64,000 bases of DNA from an archaeon (GTDB taxonomy: Archaea; Nanobdellota; Nanobdellia; Pacearchaeales; GW2011-AR1), in contig JABHLR010000004.1 in NCBI GenBank assembly GCA_018693315.1, positions 34,138-98,137 on the forward strand, in the 5' to 3' direction. Within the stretch, counting starts at the first letter, position 1. Every line of letters starts with the position of its first letter. The notes beneath the pieces are model-generated. The model saw nothing but the letters and a program-made list of their open reading frames with translations. It was not told the DNA's origin and did not search any database. Shown piece after piece: positions 44,823-53,036 of the stretch. A program made the position numbers and the translations under genes.

Positions 44823-46040
44823 TTATCCTCTCAGCGCCTCCACAGGATTTTGTTTAGCAGCATTCATGGCCGGAACAATACCAGCAACAGCACCTACAAC
44901 AAAGCTTCCCAATAGCGCACCGCCAATCAAGAAGAAGTCAACAGACGGAGAAAGCTCTGCTCCAATAAAGCTATTAATAGCAAGGGTTCCAGTAACACTG
45001 GCCAAAGTTCCCAAAATAATTCCAACTAAACCACCAACAAATCCAAGCATCCCAGACTCAAAAAAGAACTGTAAAAAAACCTGAAAGTTTGTTCCGCCAA
45101 TAGCCTTCATAATCCCAATCTCCTTTCGCCTCTCCAAAACAGAGGTAGTCATTGTGTTAACAATTCCCAGCGCGCCAACCAAAATCGAAATCGAAGCGAT
45201 AATCACAATAAAAGCTTTTACTCTACCAAGAACACTGTTCACCGTTTCCAAAATCGCGTCAGGAGTAGAAACCTCAAAATCCTCCTCGCCCTCTTTAACA
45301 TCTCTACGCTTCCTCAATAGCCTCTCAATTTCCTCCTTTGCTCGGTCCATCAAATCAGGATGCTTTACCTTAACCCCAATAACATCTACCTCATCGCCAA
45401 CTTCAAACAAATCATCCAAATCATCCTGATACATAAGAACAATATTATCAAACATAAAACTCCCTTTTTTCTTAAGGATGCCAACAACCTTAAATCGCTC
45501 ATCTTGAACCAAGATATTATCACCAGTCATGATATCTTTATCAAACCCATTCTTACTTCCATCAGCCAGGCCGTCACCAATGACAATCCTTCCCAAAGCA
45601 TCATTCAAAAGCATTGTCCCCCTATCGGCCTCCAAGTCCATCGTCTCATACATCTCTCTTTCCATCTCATCATCGACACTAACAGCCATACTAAAAACAA
45701 CAACATCATTATATTCTATTTTAGCCGTCTCAAGATTTCGAGGCGTAGCAAATTCAATAGTGCCGAGTCTGCCAATTGCATCACTATCATCCCTGGTTAA
45801 CTTGTTGACAGCCCCACTTCCAGGAGGACCAAAAGCATTAAGCCCACCAGCCTGAACAGTTAAAGCTTGAGTAGAACTGACCCCAAACTGAGCGCCAACC
45901 GCAGCTTGCAAGCCATTCCCCAAGCCAATCAAAGCAACAACAGCAGTAACACCAATAAAAATCCCAAGCAAAGTCAGCCAAGATCTAATTCCCCTATGCT
46001 TCAAATTCTTCAAGGCCAGAATCAAATAATCAAGCTTCAT
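44823..46040 (-). CDS. ABC transporter permease, MacB/FtsX family
   Basis: 405-aa paralogue of the previous gene (LERRKEIGIMKAIGG). Confidence 0.85.
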   Translation of the reverse strand: MKLDYLILALKNLKHRGIRSWLTLLGIFIGVTAVVALIGLGNGLQAAVGAQFGVSSTQALTVQAGGLNAFGPPGSGAVNKLTRDDSDAIGRLGTIEFATPRNLETAKIEYNDVVVFSMAVSVDDEMEREMYETMDLEADRGTMLLNDALGRIVIGDGLADGSKNGFDKDIMTGDNILVQDERFKVVGILKKKGSFMFDNIVLMYQDDLDDLFEVGDEVDVIGVKVKHPDLMDRAKEEIERLLRKRRDVKEGEEDFEVSTPDAILETVNSVLGRVKAFIVIIASISILVGALGIVNTMTTSVLERRKEIGIMKAIGGTNFQVFLQFFFESGMLGFVGGLVGIILGTLASVTGTLAINSFIGAELSPSVDFFLIGGALLGSFVVGAVAGIVPAMNAAKQNPVEALRG

Positions 46041-46813
46041 CAGCGCCGTCCATTAGATTTAGCTTCTTTCTTCTTCTTCTTCGTAACATCAATAAACTTT
46101 TTCCCGACCCTCTTCGTAACCTTATCAAGCCGGCCATCCAACAACCAATAAACAACATCCGCATACTCCTTCGCCAAATCTGGATCATGAGTAACCATAA
46201 TCACAGTCTTCCCTTGTTTATTCAGCTTCTCCAAAAACTCCATAACAATCGCACCAGTCTTCGTATCCAAATTTCCCGTCGGCTCGTCCGCAAGAATAAC
46301 CTCAGGGTCATTCGCCAAACTCCTCGCAATCGCAACTCTCTGCATCTGCCCACCAGAAATCTCCCCAGGATAATGGTCCATCCTATCATGCAACTCAACC
46401 AACCTCAACAGCTCCTCAGCCTTATCGCTCCTCTCCTCAAGACTCGTCCCCTGAAACATCATCGGCAACATAACATTCTCCTTAACAGTAAGATTCGGAA
46501 TCAAATTAAACGACTGAAAAATAAACCCAATCTTCTTTCCCCTAATCTGCGCCAAATCAGATTCACTCAACTCAGAAATATCACCATCATCCAAATAAAC
46601 CTGACCATGCGTCGGCACATCCAAACTCCCAACCAAATTCATAGCAGTAGATTTCCCAGAACCACTCGGCCCCATAATCGCAATAAACTCCCCCTCATAA
46701 ACCTTAAAATCCAAATGCCTCAACGCCTTAACAACAGAATCCCCCATCGGATAATGCTTCGACACATTCCTCAATCTAATCACCTCACTCTTAGCAGCAC
46801 TCACCTTTTTCAT
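46040..46813 (-). CDS. ABC transporter ATP-binding protein (MacB/LolD type)
   Basis: Walker [10 protein letters not shown], signature [13 protein letters not shown], Walker [12 protein letters not shown]. Unusual K-rich C-terminal tail. Confidence 0.9.
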   Translation of the reverse strand: MKKVSAAKSEVIRLRNVSKHYPMGDSVVKALRHLDFKVYEGEFIAIMGPSGSGKSTAMNLVGSLDVPTHGQVYLDDGDISELSESDLAQIRGKKIGFIFQSFNLIPNLTVKENVMLPMMFQGTSLEERSDKAEELLRLVELHDRMDHYPGEISGGQMQRVAIARSLANDPEVILADEPTGNLDTKTGAIVMEFLEKLNKQGKTVIMVTHDPDLAKEYADVVYWLLDGRLDKVTKRVGKKFIDVTKKKKKEAKSNGRR

Positions 46814-46955
46814 ACACAAAATACACAAATCTCCTATATAAATTTAGCCATAAACTTTACATCTCACCAGAGATACCTACTGGGTAAACCAAAACAAAAT
46901 AAGTTTGTGAAACTTGCACAGTAAGTTTTATAAACCAAAAATTCGCTACTCAAGT

Positions 46956-47153
46956 ATGATAATCCCAATAAGATGTTTCAGCTGCGGAAAACCAATCGCG
47001 CACCTATATCCAAAGTACAAAAAACTAGTCGAAGACGGCAAGTCTCAAAAAGAAGCCCTCGACGAACTAGGCATCAAGCGATACTGCTGCCGAGCACAAA
47101 TTCTAGGACAAACAGACACACTAGAGCTAGTCAACAAATTCAAAAAATTCTAA
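46956..47153 (+). CDS. rpoN: RNA polymerase subunit N (Rpo10)
   Basis: MIIPIRCFSCGKPI..KRYCCRAQIL. TTTATAAA box 22 nt before ATG 46956. Confidence 0.9.
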   Translation: MIIPIRCFSCGKPIAHLYPKYKKLVEDGKSQKEALDELGIKRYCCRAQILGQTDTLELVNKFKKF

Positions 47154-47185
47154 ACATTTATATATTCTCCAAACCAAGTTACTCA

Positions 47186-47326
47186 ATGGAAAACCCAGAA
47201 GATACTTTCCACCAAAACTATCAAACACCAAGACTAATATTCCCACAAGAGTCAATTATAACAAGAGAGGAAGTTCAAAAAGAATGGAACGAAGCAACAC
47301 GATATATTCTAAAAAAAATAAAATAG
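47186..47326 (+). CDS. small hypothetical protein (46 aa)
   Basis: MENPEDTFHQNYQTPRLIFPQESIITREEVQKEWNEATRYILKKIK. Supported only by a TTTATATA box ending 22 nt before the ATG. Confidence 0.4.
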   Translation: MENPEDTFHQNYQTPRLIFPQESIITREEVQKEWNEATRYILKKIK

Positions 47327-47432
47327 ACAGCTCCGTGCGTTCCCATCATAGACAGTACAAACACGAACATAACAAGCTTAACTTCTGAGTTCGGAACGGG
47401 ATCAGGTGTTACCAAGTTATTATGGCCGTCTA
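47324..47432 (-). rRNA. 5S rRNA (orphan, about 109 nt)
   Basis: The reverse complement reads tagacggccataataacttggtaacacctgatcccgttccgaactcagaagttaagc..gggaacgcacggagctgtcta. It has the conserved CCCGTTCCGAACTCAGAAGTTAAGC core and a terminal helix TAGACGGC/GCTGTCTA. Confidence 0.85.
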
Positions 47433-47505
47433 ACATTACAGCCCATTTTCCATTTATAAATCTTCCTAACAATAATTTTATAAACAATAATCACCAGAAT
47501 AAAAC

Positions 47506-47997
47506 ATGAAGAGGTTCTTTGCAATATCAGCTTTAGTTCTTGCAGCCCTAGTGTCATCATCTAAAGCAGACATAATTCCACCAACATCAGGGGTATGGAC
47601 CCAGCCGAGAGCATACATTGGGACAACGGTCGCACCAGAGCCATTAGAAACTGGAGAAATCTATAAATTCAAAACAAAACTAATCAACGATGGGGCAGCC
47701 TCAGCACAAGCACACTTGATTGGCAGAGTATCAGGGACGACAGAACCCTTCTACAACTCAACATTCTCAATTCCAGCAAACGACGACACAATAAGAGGAG
47801 CAACATTTGGGCAGTTCTCAAACCCAGGAATATACACAGTAGATTTCGAAGTCAATGGGCAGCCATACCTAAGCAAAGATTTCAACGTAACCCCCGAACC
47901 ATCAGCTCTAGCGATAACAGCTCTTGGGGGACTCACACTTCTCAAACGAAAAAGAAGACTCAATGACGCTAACGACCAACAAAGAAAAGCCACATAA
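47506..47997 (+). CDS. secreted protein with PEP-CTERM-like sorting signal
   Basis: Signal MKRFFAISALVLAALVSSSKA. C-terminus VTPEPSALAITALGGLTLLKRKRRL (PEP motif, TM helix, basic cluster). TTTATAAA box 22 nt before the ATG. Confidence 0.65.
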   Translation: MKRFFAISALVLAALVSSSKADIIPPTSGVWTQPRAYIGTTVAPEPLETGEIYKFKTKLINDGAASAQAHLIGRVSGTTEPFYNSTFSIPANDDTIRGATFGQFSNPGIYTVDFEVNGQPYLSKDFNVTPEPSALAITALGGLTLLKRKRRLNDANDQQRKAT

Positions 47998-48036
47998 CCC
48001 CAACTCTTTTATAGCCAAAATTTCTAATTAATTTAT

Positions 48037-48112
48037 GCTCTCGTAACTCAGCCTGGATTAGAGTGCTTCCCTCCTAAGGAAGAAGTCGCAAGTTCAAATC
48101 TTGCCGAGAGCG
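48037..48112 (+). tRNA. tRNA-Arg (anticodon CCT)
   Basis: Hand fold: GCTCTCG/CGAGAGC acceptor, ACTC..GAGT D stem, CTTCC-CTCCTAA-GGAAG, GCAAG-TTCAAAT-CTTGC, discriminator G. 76 nt. Confidence 0.85.
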
Positions 48113-48140
48113 TCCAGATTTGAACTAAGACTGTCGCAAG

Positions 48141-48200
48141 CGAACAACTCGCTTCGAGCAAAACAAAGTTCTTAATTTTTTGCGAGATGCAATTTGTGAG
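48141..48200 (+). repeat. A-B hairpin element copy 3
   Basis: cgaacaactcgcttcgagcaaaacaaagttcttaattttttgcgagatgcaatttgtgag. Inner stem GCAAAA/TTTTGC, outer stem CTCGC/GTGAG. Confidence 0.7.
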
Positions 48201-48202
48201 TA

Positions 48203-48220
48203 AAATCTTGCCGAGAGCGT
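48203..48220 (+). repeat. 18-bp direct repeat of the tRNA-Arg 3' end
   Basis: aaatcttgccgagagcgt is identical to 48096..48113. gtcgcaag (T-stem 5' strand) is also repeated at 48133..48140. Confidence 0.85.
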
Positions 48221-48260
48221 TTCATTAATTTTAAAAACCCTTCAATACTCCTCATTTTAA

Positions 48261-48331
48261 GCGTGGATAGTATAATGGTAGTATAATTGGTTTCCAACCA
48301 ATTGGCCTGGGTTCAATCCCCAGTCCGCGCA
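48261..48331 (+). tRNA. tRNA-Gly (anticodon TCC)
   Basis: Hand fold: GCGTGGA/TCCGCGC acceptor (one G-U pair), ATTGG-TTTCCAA-CCAAT, CTGGG-TTCAATC-CCCAG, discriminator A. 71 nt. Confidence 0.8.
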
Positions 48332-48334
48332 TAC

Positions 48335-48417
48335 GAGGGAATGCCGGAGCGGTCAAACGGGGCAGACTCAAGATCTGTTAGCTTATGCTTACGGGGGTTC
48401 GAATCCTCCTTCCCTCA
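48335..48417 (+). tRNA. tRNA-Leu (anticodon CAA)
   Basis: Hand fold: GAGGGAA/TTCCCTC acceptor, GCAGA-CTCAAGA-TCTGT, 14-nt variable arm, GGGGG-TTCGAAT-CCTCC, discriminator A. 83 nt. Starts 3 nt after tRNA-Gly. Confidence 0.8.
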
Positions 48418-48494
48418 TGTATGGTTTCAAAGAAACCATTCAATAAGTAGAATTCTAAGGCTGGAGAGAAGCCAAGAAATTGAATAGTCGGGGA

Positions 48495-48556
48495 CGAACA
48501 ATTCGCTTCGAGTAAAACTAATATCGAAGATATTTTTACGAGATGCAAATTGCGAG
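48495..48556 (+). repeat. A-B hairpin element copy 4
   Basis: cgaacaattcgcttcgagtaaaactaatatcgaagatatttttacgagatgcaaattgcgag. Inner stem GTAAAA/TTTTAC, outer stem TTCGC/GCGAG. Followed by ggaatctccttccc, a near-repeat of the tRNA-Leu 3' end. Confidence 0.7.
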
Positions 48557-48615
48557 GGAATCTCCTTCCCCCCAAGCCCCACAAACTTTAAAACACACAA
48601 TTCTCTAAATATAAC

Positions 48616-49629
48616 ATGAACTTCGAACCCTGGTACAACAAAAACTACAAAAAACTCCTAATCATCCCAGCAATAGTCCTAGCGCTCTCCCTAATATATA
48701 TAGGAATCTTCTACATCCAAAACGGCGACATAATCAATAAAGACGTATCCCTAACAGGCGGAACAACAATAACCCTCCAAACAGACATCGCAGCACAAGA
48801 CCTGGAGGCCGAAATATCAAAAACCATAACAGATTTCGAAATCACGACCATATCAAACAATGCAGGAACACAAATTCAACTAGCGATAATCGTCGGAGAG
48901 CACAATACAGAAACCCTGGAAGTGGCGCTAGAAGAATTCCTTGATTACGAACTGACATCAGCGAACGGGGTTTCAAAAGAAACAACAAGCGCATCATTAT
49001 CCGCAGACTTTTACAAACAATTAATCGTCGCAATTCTCATCGCATTCTTCTGGATGGCCGCAGTAGTTTTCCTAATTTTCTCCAAGGGCAAAAAAACAAA
49101 ATTCTGGGTAATAATTTTGAACGTCTTATTAGGATTCTTCATGGGAAACTTTTTTCTAAAAAGTAATCCAGTAATATCAGGAATAATTTTCATCGCATTC
49201 GCAGCAGTTCTAATCAGAATTTACATCAAAAATTCCGTCCCAGCTTTCGCGGTTATGCTCGCAGCTTTCGCGAACATCATAATGGCACTAGCAGTCGTCG
49301 ACCTAATCGGAATCAAATTGTCAACAGCCGGAATCGTCGCCTTCCTGATGCTTATCGGTTATTCCGTAGACACTGATATCCTTCTAACAACAAGAATGCT
49401 GAAAAAACACGAAGCCACAAACACGGCACTTTTCGGAGCTTTCAAAACCGGGACAACAATGACAATCACATCCATCATCGCAATTACGGCAGCACTAATC
49501 GTCGTCTTCCCTTTCGCATCGGTTCTAAATCAAATCTTCACAATTCTGCTAATCGGTTTAGCTTTTGATCTTTTCAATACATGGATCACAAACGCCTCAA
49601 TAATTAAATGGTATGTCGAAACAAAATGA
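48616..49629 (+). CDS. secF: protein-export membrane protein SecF
   Basis: 337 aa. N-terminal TM, periplasmic-type domain, and a C-terminal 5-TM block with LMLIGYSVDTDILLTTRM. TTTAAAAC box 22 nt before the ATG. Confidence 0.8.
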   Translation: MNFEPWYNKNYKKLLIIPAIVLALSLIYIGIFYIQNGDIINKDVSLTGGTTITLQTDIAAQDLEAEISKTITDFEITTISNNAGTQIQLAIIVGEHNTETLEVALEEFLDYELTSANGVSKETTSASLSADFYKQLIVAILIAFFWMAAVVFLIFSKGKKTKFWVIILNVLLGFFMGNFFLKSNPVISGIIFIAFAAVLIRIYIKNSVPAFAVMLAAFANIIMALAVVDLIGIKLSTAGIVAFLMLIGYSVDTDILLTTRMLKKHEATNTALFGAFKTGTTMTITSIIAITAALIVVFPFASVLNQIFTILLIGLAFDLFNTWITNASIIKWYVETK

Positions 49630-51167
49630 AAATAACTTTCAAAATCTGGATATTATTAATTGCAGTAGTTCTATCGCTGATTTCAATATTTTCAATCCCA
49701 CCAATGATGTTCGAGAATGGGGTATCTGTGACTGCAGTTGAGCAGAATTCAACAATATTCCAGGACGGACTAAGAGAAGGAATGATAATACAAGAAATAA
49801 ATGAGCGACAAATTAATACCCTAGAAGATTATTCATCGGCGCTATCTGTTTTTGAAAACTTAGAAATAAATGGAACACAAAAACTAATAATAAAAACAAA
49901 GGAACTAGAAATCATAAATCTTTTTACAAGAAATATAATTAATGACATATCAGTCGAAGAAATCTCATCCACTAGAATAAAAACAGGATTAGATCTTCGT
50001 GGTGGAGCAAGGGCATTTATCAAGGCAGACATTCCTCTAAATGACGCACAGCTAAATGACCTAATCGCAATTTCGGAACAGAGATTGAATGTATATGGGT
50101 TGTCAGATGTAAAATTCTTCAAGGTAGAAACATCTTCAGGAGAAAATCTCATGGGAATAGAAATCGCGGGATCGTCACCAGACGAGCTAGAAGAGTTAGT
50201 CGCAAAGCAGGGAAAGTTCGAGGCAAAAATCGGAAATGAAACGGTTTTTGTTGGCGGCAACGAGGATGTAACCCACGTCGGCAGGACGGGGCAGGACGCA
50301 CTGATTACAGAATGCAACCCAAGCGGAGAAGAAGAATATTGTAATTTTAGATTTACGGTTTTCTTGAGCGAAGCAGCAGCCCAGAGACACGCAGACATAA
50401 CAGACAAATTAACAATCAATGGATCTTACTTAAGCAAAAAATTAGATTTCTTCATAGACGGAGAGGCAACCTCCTCATTAAACATAGGGACCTCGCTTAA
50501 GGGAACAGTAACAACACAGATCGCAATTTCTGGCTCAGGTTCAGGGCCAACAAGAAATGAAGCAATCGAAGCGGCACAGACAGAAATGAAAAAACTCCAA
50601 ACAATTCTAATAACAGGATCACTCCCGTTCAAACTGGAAGTAGTAAAGATTGATAAAATATCCCCAAACTTAGGAGAACAATTCACAAGACAAATTCTAA
50701 TCGCAGGACTCTTTGCAATACTCGCTGTTTCAATTGTAGTATTCGTAAGGTACAGAAGATTAAAAATTTCATTGGCATTAGTATCAGTTTCGCTATCCGA
50801 AGTATTAATTATTCTAGGGGTCGCAGCTTTAATAGGATGGAATTTAGATCTCCCATCGATAGCCGGAGTGATAGCAGCGATAGGAACAGGTATAGATTCA
50901 CAACTAATTATTTTAGATGAAGCACGGGACAAATTCGAATCAATCAAGCAACGAATCAAGAAGGCCCTGTTTATTATCGTGACAGCTTTCGCAACAACAT
51001 TCGTAGCAATGATTCCACTAACAGGATTCTTAGGATTCATGGGAATCGGCGCAGCATCGGCAGGACTTCTAAAAGGTTTCGCTGTAACAACCTTAATAGG
51101 TATCACAACAGGTGTTCTAATCTCACGGCCAGCATTCGCAGACATAGCAAGACAACTCGAGGAATAA
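49626..51167 (+). CDS. secD: protein-export membrane protein SecD
   Basis: GLDLRGGA motif, a large extracytoplasmic domain, and a C-terminal TM block with IAAIGTGIDSQLIILDE. ATGA overlap with secF (start set to ATG 49626). Confidence 0.8.
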   Translation: MKITFKIWILLIAVVLSLISIFSIPPMMFENGVSVTAVEQNSTIFQDGLREGMIIQEINERQINTLEDYSSALSVFENLEINGTQKLIIKTKELEIINLFTRNIINDISVEEISSTRIKTGLDLRGGARAFIKADIPLNDAQLNDLIAISEQRLNVYGLSDVKFFKVETSSGENLMGIEIAGSSPDELEELVAKQGKFEAKIGNETVFVGGNEDVTHVGRTGQDALITECNPSGEEEYCNFRFTVFLSEAAAQRHADITDKLTINGSYLSKKLDFFIDGEATSSLNIGTSLKGTVTTQIAISGSGSGPTRNEAIEAAQTEMKKLQTILITGSLPFKLEVVKIDKISPNLGEQFTRQILIAGLFAILAVSIVVFVRYRRLKISLALVSVSLSEVLIILGVAALIGWNLDLPSIAGVIAAIGTGIDSQLIILDEARDKFESIKQRIKKALFIIVTAFATTFVAMIPLTGFLGFMGIGAASAGLLKGFAVTTLIGITTGVLISRPAFADIARQLEE

Positions 51168-51168
51168 A

Positions 51169-51630
51169 ATGGAATTCAAATGGCATATCCTAGTAGGTTT
51201 CGTTGCTTCCTACATTTTAATACAGTTTTTCGATTTCAGCTTGCTTACAGGGCTGATAATTTTTCTATCCTCATGGTTAATAGACGTAGACCACTATTTC
51301 TGGTATTCGGTCGAAATGAAAGATTGGAATCCATTTCATGCGATAAAATGGTATCAAAAATCAATTCCAAAATGGTTTTCTTTGGCACCAAAAGAAAGGG
51401 CTAGGTTTAAACGAGGAGTTTTTGTTTTTCATGGAATAATATTTTTGGCACTACTATTTGCATTATCTTTTTCGAACAAAATATTTCTCTGGATATTAGT
51501 AGGTGTCGGAATTCATATGGTTATGGACTGGATTGATGAGATCGGAAAAGGTGAGCCATTCTATGGTAAGACATTCCCTTGCTATGTCATAAGAAGAAAT
51601 AAAAACAAGAAAGCACTAAAAGAGTTATGA
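51169..51630 (+). CDS. membrane protein (possible YdjM/DUF457-like)
   Basis: 153 aa, 4 hydrophobic helices, conserved-looking IDVDHYFWY. Assignment is weak. Confidence 0.4.
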   Translation: MEFKWHILVGFVASYILIQFFDFSLLTGLIIFLSSWLIDVDHYFWYSVEMKDWNPFHAIKWYQKSIPKWFSLAPKERARFKRGVFVFHGIIFLALLFALSFSNKIFLWILVGVGIHMVMDWIDEIGKGEPFYGKTFPCYVIRRNKNKKALKEL

Positions 51631-53036
51631 AGGGCCCAATTAGAAAAGAAGCAAGAAAAGCAGTAAGATTAGTAAGAGGTGAAGCTCGTGAGGTAAGGGG
51701 AATATTGGGAAGAATAAAGAGAAGAAATTTTTCAGGCAACGAGGGGCAAGCAATAAAAAATAGTACATACAACTTTCTAACTAATGTGGTCGCCAAAGTA
51801 GGATCACTCGCATTTACAATTATACTAGCAAGGATCCTGATGCCAGAATTTTTTGGACTATATTCGTTGGCACTATCAACATTGGTCATGTTTGTTAGCT
51901 TCACAGATTTAGGACTAGAATCAGGGATGGTATTCTTCCTTTCGAGAGCATTAGCAAAGAAAAATCAAACAAAAGTAAAATCCTATTTTGTGTATTTGTC
52001 AAAGATAAAACTAATTCTAACACTGGGGGTAGTTTCAGCACTTTTAATTTTATCAGATTTTCTAGCCAACACTTATTATCAAAAACCAATTTTTATCGCG
52101 CTAATTGCAGGTTCACTGTATGTTTTTCTTAGAAGCTTTTTCTCATTTTTTAAGTCGGTGTTTTTCGCGCTCAATAGGTTCGACAAACCACTTGTATGGG
52201 AAACAACATTCCAAATATTAAGATTACTTTTGGTCCCGGCAATAACACTAATGTTCATAAAATCAATACACAGTAGCGCATCAAATATTTATTTAGTGAT
52301 TATAGCACTATCCCTAGCATGGCTAATAACAATATTATTAGTAATCCTCTCTTCGTTAAAAACATTAGATTTCATGAAGGAGCCATACAAAAAAATTCTA
52401 CCAGAAGATAAAAAATTCATAAGAAAAACAATACTACCACTTTCCACAATAGCGCTATCAGGAATTTTCTTTGGGTACATTGACATGTTTGTGCTAGGGA
52501 GGGCAGTCTCCTCAGAATTTATCGGATTTTACCAGGCAGCATTTTCTCTAGTTGGGGCGATTGTTGCAGTAACAACTTTTTCAAACGCGTTGCTTCCGAT
52601 TTTCAGCAGAATGAAGGGAGAAAGGTTTAAGCGCGCCCTAATGAAAGCAATTAAGAATAACGCATTACTCTCGACATTTGTCGCAATTCTAGCATTCGCG
52701 CTAGCCCCACTCATAATAAAAATAGCATTCGGAGAAGCTTATCATAATGCAATTATTCTACTCAGAGTATTTTCGATTCTTGTAATTGTTCTTCCGCTAA
52801 ATGCGCTTTACTCATCAAGTCTAGTGTCCCAAGGAAAAACAGGCACCTTAGCGAAACTATTAATTTTCACAACCTCAATAAATTTGATATTAAACTACCT
52901 GGCGGTGATTATTTTTAGAGGAATGGGAGACATGACAATAGTTATTGGGATTTGCCTAGCAACAATCTTGAGTAAATTCGTATATTTGCTTATGTTATTT
53001 ATATCAAATAAAAAACTAACGTCCAAACTTCAATAA
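51627..53036 (+). CDS. oligosaccharide/polysaccharide flippase (MOP/Wzx family)
   Basis: 469 aa, about 12-14 TM, N-terminal basic stretch. Sits at the head of the glycosyltransferase cluster. Confidence 0.7.
   Translation: MKGPIRKEARKAVRLVRGEAREVRGILGRIKRRNFSGNEGQAIKNSTYNFLTNVVAKVGSLAFTIILARILMPEFFGLYSLALSTLVMFVSFTDLGLESGMVFFLSRALAKKNQTKVKSYFVYLSKIKLILTLGVVSALLILSDFLANTYYQKPIFIALIAGSLYVFLRSFFSFFKSVFFALNRFDKPLVWETTFQILRLLLVPAITLMFIKSIHSSASNIYLVIIALSLAWLITILLVILSSLKTLDFMKEPYKKILPEDKKFIRKTILPLSTIALSGIFFGYIDMFVLGRAVSSEFIGFYQAAFSLVGAIVAVTTFSNALLPIFSRMKGERFKRALMKAIKNNALLSTFVAILAFALAPLIIKIAFGEAYHNAIILLRVFSILVIVLPLNALYSSSLVSQGKTGTLAKLLIFTTSINLILNYLAVIIFRGMGDMTIVIGICLATILSKFVYLLMLFISNKKLTSKLQ

Noticed and set aside
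47275-47487. 70-aa minus-strand ORF.
   Set aside because: It coincides with the 5S rRNA gene.
49829-51145. Two long minus-strand ORFs (196 and 239 aa) antisense to secD.
   Set aside because: secD on the + strand has clear family features. The antisense frames have no motifs or promoter boxes.
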